NCBI RefSeq assembly: GCF_009914755.1
Contig: NC_060926.1
Length of the DNA: 64,000 nucleotides
DNA from: the human T2T-CHM13v2.0 reference genome, Homo sapiens
Strand: one strand, 5' to 3'
The translations under genes were made by a program, and so were the position numbers. Below, piece by piece: positions 45,351 to 64,000 of this stretch; the stretch's first letter is position 1, and each line of letters opens with the position of its first letter. The notes beneath the pieces are model-generated. The model made no database searches, was not told the DNA's origin, and saw nothing but the letters and a program-made list of their open reading frames with translations.

Positions 45351-46060
45351 TGTTATTGGCATTGAATCCGTATCCATATGGGCCTGCAGCAATCTCATTT
45401 CTTGCCTCCTGAGAAGAAAGAATTGGACTGAGCAGCATAAGGCAGAAGGAGAGACTGAGGCAAGTTTTAGAGCAGGAGTGAAAGTTGATTAAAAAGCTTT
45501 AGAACAGGAATGGAAGGAAGGAAAGTACACTTGGAAGAGGGTCAAGTGGGCGACTTGAGTGATCAAGTGCACGGTTTGATCTTCTGACTTGGGATTTTAT
45601 ACATTGGCTTACTTCTGGGGTCTTGCGTTACTTCTCCCCTGATTCTTCCCTTGGGGTGGGCTGTCCGCACGTGCAATGGCCTACTAGCGCTTGGGGGAGG
45701 AGTGTGTGCAGTGTGTTTACCAGAGTTGTATGCGTGCTCACTTAAGGCGTTCTTCCCTTACCAGTCTAGCATTCCTAGAGGAAGGTCATATAACAGTTAA
45801 ACTCCGCCATTTTGCCTCTTAATGCGCATGCTGTAGCCCATTCGCCCAACCCCTGAGATCATATTGGGAAGCTGCTAACCACCAGTTTCAGGTGTTTTCT
45901 ATCTACTAGGAGACTGCCTTTCCCTCGCACTGGCTGTGACCAATTATTATTTTAGAGAGACCCTTAATAACTGACTGACCATCACCTGATGGTCCTGGTG
46001 TGTGTGTTGGGGGAGCCCTCTCCTGCCCCACTCTTGCCTGACTAGCTACCTACTGTAACA
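45351..46060 (-). mobile_element. MER50-like ERV1 solo LTR
   Basis: TGTTA...CTAGCTACCTACTGTAACA; 4-bp TSD GTGG. Confidence 0.85.
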
Positions 46061-46085
46061 GTGGAGGTGGTGACAGTTGAATTCT

Positions 46086-46368
46086 GGCCGGGCGCAGTGG
46101 CTCACGCCTGTAATGCCAGCACTTTGGGAGGCCAAGGAGGGCAGATCACAAGGTCAGGAGTTCAAGACCAGCCTGGCCAACATGGTGAAACTAAAAATAC
46201 AAAAATTAGCTGGGCATGGTGGTGCACACCTGTAATCCCAGCTACTCACGATGCTGAGGCAGAATTGTTTGAACTGAGACCCAGGAGGCGGAGGTTGCAG
46301 TGAGCTGAGATTGTGCTATTGCACTCCAGGCTGGGGTACAGAGCGAGACTCCATCTCAAAAAAAAAAA
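46086..46368 (+). mobile_element. AluS-like (Sg-like) element with short internal deletion
   Basis: GATCACAAGGTCAGGAGTTC; GGTGAAACTAAAAATAC lacks CCCGTCTCTA; TSD AGTTGAATT. Confidence 0.92.
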
Positions 46369-47619
46369 GTTGAATTATGGATGCATGTCGTTAAGTAGTG
46401 TCAAAGGGATTTCACAAGAGATTGGATGCAGAATATTACAGAAAGAGAGGAGTCCAGCATCTGAGCTACAGGAAGGGTGCAGTTGCCGTTAACTGAGATG
46501 GGGAAGAATGGGGAGGAACAGATTTGAGGGCAAGCATCAGAAGCTTAGTTTAAGACATGTAAGTTTGAGATGGTTATTAGACATCCAAGTGGAGATGGCT
46601 ATTTATACAAGCCTGGAGTTCAGGGGACAGGTCTGGGCTAGAGATAAATTATGCTTTGCCAGCGATAGGGGCTATTTACAGTCACCAACTTGGGTGAGAT
46701 CACCGAGGCAGTGAGTGTAAAGAGAGAGAAGAGGCCAGAGCAGGGTGCTGGGCTCTCTCTTCACTGCTGTCAATGGAGGCATGTGAGTGGATATATACGT
46801 ATATAGGTATATGTGTAGTTGTTCACAGGAGTGAGTCCAGCTTTTATTATCTACTTGAAAGAATGGATATTTCAGCACATAATGTCAGAATTGGCTGGGA
46901 CATTAGAGATCATTTCAAGTGGGATCACCTTGTTTTAGAGCTGAGAAAAGAAGAGAAAGGAATTGTTTCCTGCAGATGAGCTGCTTTGTGGCTCCTAGCT
47001 GTAGAAGGGTGTGTATGTGTGTGTGTGTTTTGTGTGTGTGTGTTGTGGTAGAGATGGAGGTGCTACTCACACATTGGGTGCCATTTCTCATTTACTAAGC
47101 CAACAAGTGTCCCTGCCTTTTCTCAGATATGGACCTCTCCAGAGCCATAGGATCTGAAGATGGAGGTTAGAATGGAGCTGAGATGTAATCAAACCATACA
47201 ATTTGTTTTCATCCCTTCTCCTCCTTCCTTTGAGGTTCTAGTGCTCTTAGTTTCAATTCAAGTTTCCCTTCAGGGATTACATCTTATATCTTAAACACTC
47301 TAGTGTGAAATTATTGTATTTTCTATGTCGGCTCTCCCAATGACTATTTGCACTTGAGGCCTTATATCTTCCATAGTAGGATGAAAGGCTTTGTGATGGT
47401 GGGGCTGCAGTGAGAGTGGGGGAGGTAGAGCTGTAAAAAGCAGTCAGCTCATGATCTTCCCCCATGCTTCTCTGAAATGTAGAAGGCACAGAAGCATGAG
47501 AATTGGGGGTCTTCTTAAGCACAGCCTGACCAGACTACAGAGATTCTGGGGACCCAGGACTGGAAGGTGGGAGCTTGAGTCAAGAAAAACAATGATAACA
47601 CTTGTGATCAAGACTACAT

Positions 47620-48020
47620 ATTTTTAATATACATGAACGCATTTAAACTTTGTAACAGTCCATGGAAGAAGGCACATTATCTTTATTTTACAGATAGGGA
47701 AATTGCGGTTCAGAAGACAAGTAACTAAAAGGAGAAGCAGCAGGCTTTGAACATTGGTCTCTAAGACTTCAAAGCCACACTGAGGAACAGTTTTAAAGGG
47801 ATTAAATCTACTAGATACCGTGGAAATTAGGAGCACGGGCTTTGGAAACAATATAATTGATTTTAAATCCTGGATCTGCCATTTACTAGCTGTGAAAACT
47901 TGTTCAAATTGTATAACCTTGAACCTGTGTTTCCTGGGAAGGATTGCTGAGAAGATTAAATGAAGTAATGTATTTTAAAGACACAGCACAGTGCCTGGTG
48001 AATTATTGTGATTAATTAAT
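47620..48020. mobile_element. Two oppositely oriented MIR remnants
   Basis: TTTTACAGATAGGGAAATTG (minus) and AATCCTGGATCTGCCATTTACTAGCTGTG...CACAGTGCCTGG (plus). Confidence 0.6.
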
Positions 48021-48331
48021 GGTAAAAATTACTCAGGTTCTAACTGCTGAGAGGCTGGCATGCAACACTATAGACACACTATAGTTGAGAATTGGCATCT
48101 GTTGTGACTGATTGTCTCATGCTGTACCAGTTGTTGAATATTCTGACTGTCTCTCCTGATCTGGGGGACCAGGGAACACTCCTAAATCCATATAGGGCAG
48201 GTCATAAGAGCTGAAAGCCCAACCAACTGCTGAGGGCAGGGGATTCAGAGTTAGAGTGAGACCAGCAGTAAGAGGATGCAATGCCAAGGCAAAGATCAGG
48301 ACACTATCCAATCTGTATGCCACAATGGGTA

Positions 48332-48939
48332 TGTAAACCAAAAATAAATTCTGAGACCCTCATCCATCTGAATGAACCCATCCTCTTGGCAAAGGGCTTT
48401 CCAGAATTAACCAGAAAAACTGGTCCAGGCCATAATGAGAAGTGGAGCTCAGACATGCCTCATTATACCCTCCTCCCTTTTGGAATTACTGTTAGTCATA
48501 GAACAGACTCTTTAAGTCTGATAAGAAACATTTACCATCTATTCTTTCTAAAACCTGCTCTCTGGAGGCTTCACCAGCATGAGAAAACCTTGGTCTCTAC
48601 TACTTGTTATCTTAACCCAGACATTCCTTTCTAAGTCTTTAGACAACAACTTAACTCTTTCAACCAATTGCCAATCAGAAAATCTTGGAATCTTTAAATG
48701 ACCTGGAAGCCTGCATTTTTAGTTGTCCCACCTTTCCAGACTGAACCAATGTACATTCTACATGTCTGTGTTGATATCCTATGTCTCTCTAAAATGTAGA
48801 AAACCAAGTTGTGGTCCAACCACCTTGGGCATATGTTCTGGGTCTCCTGAGGGCTCTATCATGGGCCATTGTTCACTCATATTTGGCTCAGAATAAATCT
48901 CTTCAAATATTTCATGGAGTTTGACTCTCTTCATCAACA
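48332..48939 (+). mobile_element. MER4-group (MER4B/D-like) ERV1 solo LTR
   Basis: TGTAAACCAAAAATAAATTCT...TTTGGCTCAGAATAAATCTCTTCAAATATTT...CAACA; flanks GGTA / GGTG. Confidence 0.85.
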
Positions 48940-49198
48940 GGTGCTTGGACTATAATAACCTGGAGGGTTCTTCAAGTCAGGCTCCTTGAATTTGGCCAGG
49001 GCTATGTCTGTTTTTCAAGTGTGAAATGAGACTGAATCCAGAGGTGCACCAGAGATAAAGAAGGTGCATCTGGATGAGTTAGAAGGCTGAAGGCATGGGA
49101 GTACAGGCAACGTCTACCTCTTGTTCCCGACTATTGGTCAGCACTGAGGGTGAAACATTCATCCAGGAGCCCAAATTACACATCTAGAGATTGTTTGA

Positions 49199-49998
<800 letters not shown>

Positions 49999-50153
49999 AT
50001 AGCAAGAAATTAGAGCAAAGAACATTGAATTTATTAAGGAGCATGTCCTTTGGGCTATATCGCTGTCAATCTCTATAACAAACATGGGTTCTCTACAAGA
50101 AAATGAACCCTGCCCTCTTTGTCAGGGTTCTCTTAATATTAGTGAATCCACTT

Positions 50154-56093
<5,940 letters not shown>

Positions 56094-56598
56094 GTGACTC
56101 CACTTTGATTCTGACTACTTTTACATCACCTCGACAAGTTCATATTTGTATGCTGGAGGTATTCTGTCTGGGTAACTGGCATTGGCCATTAAGAATCAGA
56201 GCTCCCTTTCTCTTGGGAAGGAGACCTGCTGAGAAATTAACTCTATACAGGAAACTCCTGCTGTTATCAAATATAATGTTGGGCAAAATGCAATAACCAT
56301 TTAAAAATTACTTTTAGACTCGATAACATTTGAGAGCTAACCTATATTCTTTCCTGAGAGTCATGGAAGATTTAATCAGTTTATTTGCAACCCATCTCTT
56401 ACAGTAAATTATCAATGGTCAAGATTCATAGTCAAATATCCACATGGTATCAAAACAAGTAGAGTAGACAAAAAGCCACATAAAAGCTCCATGAAAGGGA
56501 AGGGAATTGTAGGCTAGAGGAATCTGGAGGGTTCAGGAAAGACATGCGTCTTTTTAAATTTTTATTTTATATTTTTAAATTTTAATTTTATATTTTTT

Positions 56599-56703
56599 AT
56601 ATGGAACACTTCACAAATTTGTGCATCATCGTTGTGCAAGGCCATGCTAATCGCTGTATCATTCCAATTTTAGTGTACGTGCTGCTGAAGCATCATGAAG
56701 CAC
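56599..56703 (-). pseudogene. U6 snRNA retropseudogene with A-rich tail (tail ~56550-56598)
   Basis: Minus strand GTGCT..TGCTTCAGCAGCACGTACACTAAAATTGGAATGATACAG..ATTAGCATGGCC..CAAATTTGTGAAGTGTTCCATAT matches U6; ACAGAGA box damaged. Confidence 0.92.
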
Positions 56704-56878
56704 ATTATGGGTAGAATTTTTTTACTGATTCTGAGAAACCCACAAAAAAATCCTCTAAAAATTCATTCACTTCTTAGCAATTTATTTTGAAAAATGCATA
56801 TTAACAAGAAAATGAATTAGATATTTCTTGTTTAAACTAATTAGCTATCTTTTATGATGAATCTTTAAATAGAAAATT

Positions 56879-57218
<340 letters not shown>

Positions 57219-58946
57219 TTAAAAGTGTGAGCCATTAATTTATTTCTGACTTTCACTTACAGGATTTCAGGAAAAGAGAACTTTGCTTGATGTATTTTTC
57301 TATATAGCATTAGTTCAGGAATAAAAATGGCTTTTGACCTTTTTACTGGTCTCTTTAGAATTTCTGGCTCAGAAATTTTTCATGAGGAATTTATTTCCCC
57401 AATTTTATCAATCAGTTGTAAAACAAAAATATTTAAGTAGTGAAAGAGTTCCTGAACCCAGTAAACCCATCATGCTGATAGTGCTATGACCATGACATCG
57501 GAGTTCAATATATCAAAACTGTTGCAACACAAAGTGAATTTTATCCTCTGGAAAGCTCATAGCTGGTTTATTTTGAGCTTACTAAGATTTCAAACATTCT
57601 GGTGAAGTCAATTGCAATCTCCTTTATTTATTTTCTAAGTGTACATGCTCTGTGTTTGTCTTTGTGGTTGTCGTTAGTGCTAAGACTCATAGTTTATCCC
57701 TCAGCCAACATCACTGGAAGCTTTAGTTCATTTTCTTTGGGGTAAGTCAATAGCTGAGTGCACATTTGCAATGTTAATGGACTAAACACACCAATTAAGA
57801 GGGAGGAATGGTCAGAATGGGTAAAAGTTGCTAGACCCAACTACATATGACTAGGAGAGAAATGTAGAGATACAGATAGCTTGAAAAGAAATTGATGGAA
57901 CAAATTATGTTAAAAAATAGCAATATGAAGGCTGAAGTAGGCTAAATTAACATCAGATAAAACAGATTTGAAGAAAAAGAGTATTGCCAGAGATAAAAAG
58001 GAATGACAAAAATTATTAATTCTTCAGAAGACAAAACAAACATAAATGTGTATGGGCCTAAAACAGAGCCTCAAAGTATATGAAACAAAAATGACAGAAT
58101 TAGAGGGAAAAAATTCCAGAATTTTAGTGGAATATTTTTATTCACTGTTTCTCAGGATTTGAGAGGACAGCTCGCCAAAAATCAGTGTAAGACAGGATTC
58201 GAACACATTATCAACTCTCTTGATCTAAGTAATAATTATGGATGGCTCATTCAACCACTGAAAAATGAATACCTTTTTGTGTAATACACATTTGTTTTAG
58301 TGAATATGGTATGTTCACCAATATACAACATATTTTGGGCCATAAAATAAACCTTAATATAGTTACCAGATTGTAATAGTATAGACTGTGTTCTCTGATC
58401 ACAATGAAATTAGAAACCAACATCATTAATATTTAGGTAAATCCCAAATATTTGGCAATTAAAAAGCATTTTAAAATATTGATAGGCCAAAGGAGAAGAC
58501 ACACATAAATTATATTTTTAACTCAATGATGGTAAAAATATTTCAAAATTTGTGGGATTTAGCTGAAGAGATGCTTAGGGAGAAGTTTGTAGCTTAAATG
58601 CCTATTTAGAACAGAACAAAGAAAAGTGATGTAAGGTACCACCTCAAGACACTAGAAGAAGAAGAGCAAAGTAAATCCGAAGTAATTGGAAGGAAGGAAA
58701 TCATAAAGACAAGAGAAAATATCACTAAAACAGACACAAATGAAAAAGGACATAAATCAGCAATGTTGGGAAAAAAGAAGGCTTATCACTACAGATCCTA
58801 CAGAAATTAAAATAACAGATAATATTGTGAGCAAATGTATGCCAAAAATGAGAAAACTTTGATGAAATAGACAACTTTCTAGAAAAATACAACTAAAATT
58901 GATGTAGGATGAAACAGAAAATCTGAATAACCTTCTGTCTAATAAT

Positions 58947-59590
<644 letters not shown>

Positions 59591-61243
59591 TCAAGAACTT
59601 ACATTACTTGGCTTTATAACTTACCATAAAGTTAGAGTAATTAAGACTGTAATATTTGTGAAAAGATAGGCATACAGATCAATGCAAGTAATATAGATCA
59701 ATAGAAGAGAGAATAGAGTTCATAAATAATTTCATATGTATTGTATACGTACATACATGTGTTCAATTGATTTTCAACAAATGGTGCTAGAATAACCAGG
59801 TATTCACATGAAAAAAGAAAACAGCCCATATCTTACTCTGTACAGAAAGTTAACACAAAACTAATTATAGACTTAAATATAATAGCCAATATTATAAAAA
59901 TTTTAAAAGAAAACATGGGAGAAAATTTTGTAGCTTTGTGTAGTCATCTTAGATATGACACATTAGGCACAAACCACAAAAGAAAAAAGATAAATTGAAT
60001 TTTATTAAAATTTAAAACTTCTTATCCAGAGACACCATTAAGAGTGTAAAAAGGTAAGCCACAGAATAGGGAAAAATATTTGTAATGCATATATCTGATG
60101 CATACAAAGGACTCAATTTCAGAAAATATACAGAATTCTTCTTATAACTAATGAGACACACAACTCAGTTTTAAAAATGGGCAAAAGATTTGCACATATA
60201 AATGTAAATGTTTCTATTTTGGAAGAGTGTGGCAGTTTCTTTAAAAATTAAACACATGCTTAATACACAAACCAGAATACCTCTTCTAGGTATTCACTAA
60301 AGAAGATTGAAAACTTACATCCACAAAAATATCTGTACACAAATGTTTTTAGTATAATTATTCATGATAGCCCAAAGCTGCAAATAACCCAAATGTCCAT
60401 CAATATTTGCTGAATTGACAAATAAAATGTGATTATATATCAGTATAATGAAAAATTACTCAGTAATTAAAATGAAAGAACCACTGACAGATGTAGTAAC
60501 ATGCAAGGATTTCAAAAACCATTATGTTGAGTGAAAGAAACCAGACACAAAAGAGTGCATACTGCATGATTCCATCTATATCAAATTCTAGAAAATGCAA
60601 ACAAATCTATAGTGATGAAAAGTACATTAGTGGAGGCTGGGTCTGAGGTGGAGGAAACAAATAATCTTTTGGGAGGTGATGGAAATGTTTAGTATTTTGA
60701 TTGTAGTGGTGTTTTCATGTGTGTTGTCAAAAGTCATCAATCTTACATTTTAGAAGATGCAGTTTGTTATATTTTCATTATGCTTCACTAAGGCTAATTT
60801 AAAAAAGAACTTCTTAAAAGCAAGAAAAAGAAGGTATTGACAAGAAGTATAAATGGTATTTTAATTAATTTATAAAAGAGTAAATTGATGAGTCTTTGTA
60901 ATGGTCTTTTAAATAATAATTCAGTTCCATTTACTACCATTAATACTACAAAGTACTGTGTTGCAACAGTCTATTAAAGTAATGAATCACCATTTCTGCC
61001 AGTATTATAATAGAAACCTCAGCATTAATTTAACAACTCTAGTATTAAAAAATGTTGACAATTATAACCAATTGACTTTCTGTATATTTGGGATAAAGGT
61101 TAAAAACCCTGCAATGGATTATTTGCTGAGAAATGTTTCTAAACAGTTGAAAATCTTCTCTTAAAAAGAAAAGAAAAGAAATCTTCTCTTTTATGTGTTT
61201 TAAAAACAAAACATAAAATCATCAATATAAATTCTTTAATTTT

Positions 61244-61795
61244 AATTTTTATTTTTTACTTTTATTATACTTTAAGTTTTAGGGTACATGTGCACAACGT
61301 GCAGGTTTGCTATATATGCCATGTGCCATGTTGGTGTGCTGCCCCCTTTAACTCATCATTTACATTAGGTATATCTCCTAATGCTATCCCTCCCCCCTCC
61401 CCCCACCCCACAACAGGCCCCAGTGTGTGATGTTCCCCTTCCTGTGTCCAAGCGTTCTCATTGTTCAATTCCCACCTATGAGTGAGAACATGCGGTGTTT
61501 GTTTTTTTGTCCTTGCGATAGTTTGCTGAGAACGATGGTTTCCAGCTTTATCCATGTCCCTACAAAGGACATGAACTCATCATTTTTTATGGCTGCATAG
61601 TATTCCATGGTGTATATGTGCCACATTTTCTTAATCCAGTCTATTATTGTTGGACATTTGGGTTGGTTCCAAGTCTTTGCTATTGTGAATAGTGCCACAA
61701 TAAACATACGTGTGCATGTGTCTTTATAGCAGCATGATTTATAATCCTTTGGGTATATACCCAGTAATGGGATGGCTGGGTCAAATGGTGTTTCT
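61244..61795 (-). mobile_element. 5'-truncated L1PA (about PA3-PA5)
   Basis: L1PA 3' UTR and ORF2 end (WNQPKCP...YTMEYYAAIKNDEFMSF); TSD AATTCTTTAATTTT. Confidence 0.95.
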
Positions 61796-61855
61796 AATTC
61801 TTTAATTTTTAAAAAACCTAAAATATAAGAATCTTAAATGTTGAGTCACAATTGC

Positions 61856-61870
61856 GTGTGTGTGTGTGTT

Positions 61871-61901
<31 letters not shown>
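61856..61901. repeat. Interrupted (TG)n microsatellite
   Basis: TG run with TT and GC interruptions. Confidence 0.9.
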
Positions 61902-62159
61902 ATGCCGGGACACATAGTTAAATTTAGTCAATAGTTTCATAAATACTTAGACCCTAATTCACACATGATATATCTCATTAAAAAAATCGATTTGCTGGGA
62001 AATCATATTTTATGTTATGTAGTTAAAATAAATTAAGCATTTAATGTTATTTGTTAAGTAGTGAACAGATGGATATTTTCTTTGATTAAAAATATTAAAT
62101 ATGGTAATAAAATAATTTATTTAATACAACTTCAGTAATAAGCTGTTCTAAATGAAATA

Positions 62160-63200
<1,041 letters not shown>

Positions 63201-63479
63201 GTTTAAAATCTTTAACATAAAGTATAAAAATCATAAAATGATTATTGAAAATTCTTGGGGTGGGAGATCTCTTAGTAATGTACTGTGAAAAGGGTTTAAA
63301 AGTGAAAAACTTTGTGCAATGGGCAAGTGTAACCACCACTTAGGGAAGAGCAGATTCTCAGCTCTGTAACCCAAATGTGCAGCTACAGCATCTAGATGGC
63401 TGTTTTTTGGTAGACATTCATATTATTTCAGGACTGTGCTGACCATTTGCTATTTTAGCTTATTCCTCCCTTCTTTTTT

Positions 63480-64000
63480 TGTAGTAGACTCTGATTTGTG
63501 TTTAGAATTTGCCCCTCTGAACTTTCCAAGCCTCCCATTCCATATATACTTCTGTTTCTTGAGCAGAAGACTACAACCAACTTTAAATCCAGTAATTATT
63601 TTGGCTTAAGCCCAATCAGCACATTTATTTCCTTTATCCACAGTGGTTGACTTATGTGGCCCATTTTGGTTCAATGAGCTGTGGAGAGATATTTTCTAAG
63701 GGTTTCTGGGAAAGAGATTTTCTTGAAATTGCAAAAAGCCTGCCTGACAAGACACTCACTTTCTGCTGGATATTAGGGAGAAAATATGTAGTTACAGAAA
63801 CCCTTGGTAGCCATCTTCCAAACACAAGATAAAACCTTAAGAGGAAGAAGACGCTGCAGACGGCAGTTTGTGGTATCAATGTTGAACAGCTTATTTGAGC
63901 CAGCCCTGAGGCTTATATGACCTCTGAAATTTTCATGTACATGGGTAAATGCATTCCCTTTACTGTTCCAGTCAGTTTGGATCAGTGCTTTCTGATTCTT
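63480..64000 (+). mobile_element. Old MLT1 (MLT1J/K-like) LTR
   Basis: TGTAGTAGAC start, GGCTTAAGCCCAATCAGCAC, GGGTTTCTGGGAAAGA, CCAGTCAGTTTGGATCAGTGCTTTCTG. Confidence 0.55.

Larger units (their letters stand above)
44315..46760 (-). mobile_element. L2 remnant split by two LTRs and an Alu
   Basis: Starts CATTGGTTCACTCATTTAGCAAATATT (reverse L2 3' end); GTGCAAAGGCCTTGAG, AGACATCCAAGTGGAGATG. Confidence 0.75.

Noticed and set aside
56094-56703. U6-L1 chimeric retrogene
   Set aside because: U6 has its own tail and is separated from the L1PB 5' end and TSD by ~450 bp of unrelated sequence

Overview
Primate (human-like) non-coding genomic DNA: AT-rich, CpG-depleted and dominated by interspersed repeats (Alu, L1, L2, MIR, ERV1/ERVL/MaLR LTRs, hAT and mariner DNA elements, one U6 snRNA pseudogene). 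I see no host protein-coding exon, CpG island, CRISPR array or prokaryotic system; the recognisable ORFs are broken HERV-H gag/pro/pol and L1 ORF1/ORF2 fragments or Alu-derived noise. The most unusual structure is at 1366-6924. A MER30 is split by an Alu, and that Alu is split at its A-rich linker by a ~5 kb HERV-H. The HERV-H looks like an L1-made retrocopy of a read-through RNA rather than an integrase-made provirus: it starts at R with no U3 and one extra G, keeps a full 3' LTR with a mutated poly(A) signal, and carries ~356 bp of non-viral 3' sequence ending in AATAAA and a decayed tail. Other notable items are a local templated duplication with a fold-back junction (39908-40137 copied to 43572-43883), a near full-length L1PB with extra 5' sequence inside its TSD, and an Alu/THE1 nest that coincides with a deletion in an old L1. 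Repeat family names come from my recollection of consensus sequences; subfamily calls and old-repeat boundaries are approximate and should be confirmed with RepeatMasker/Dfam.
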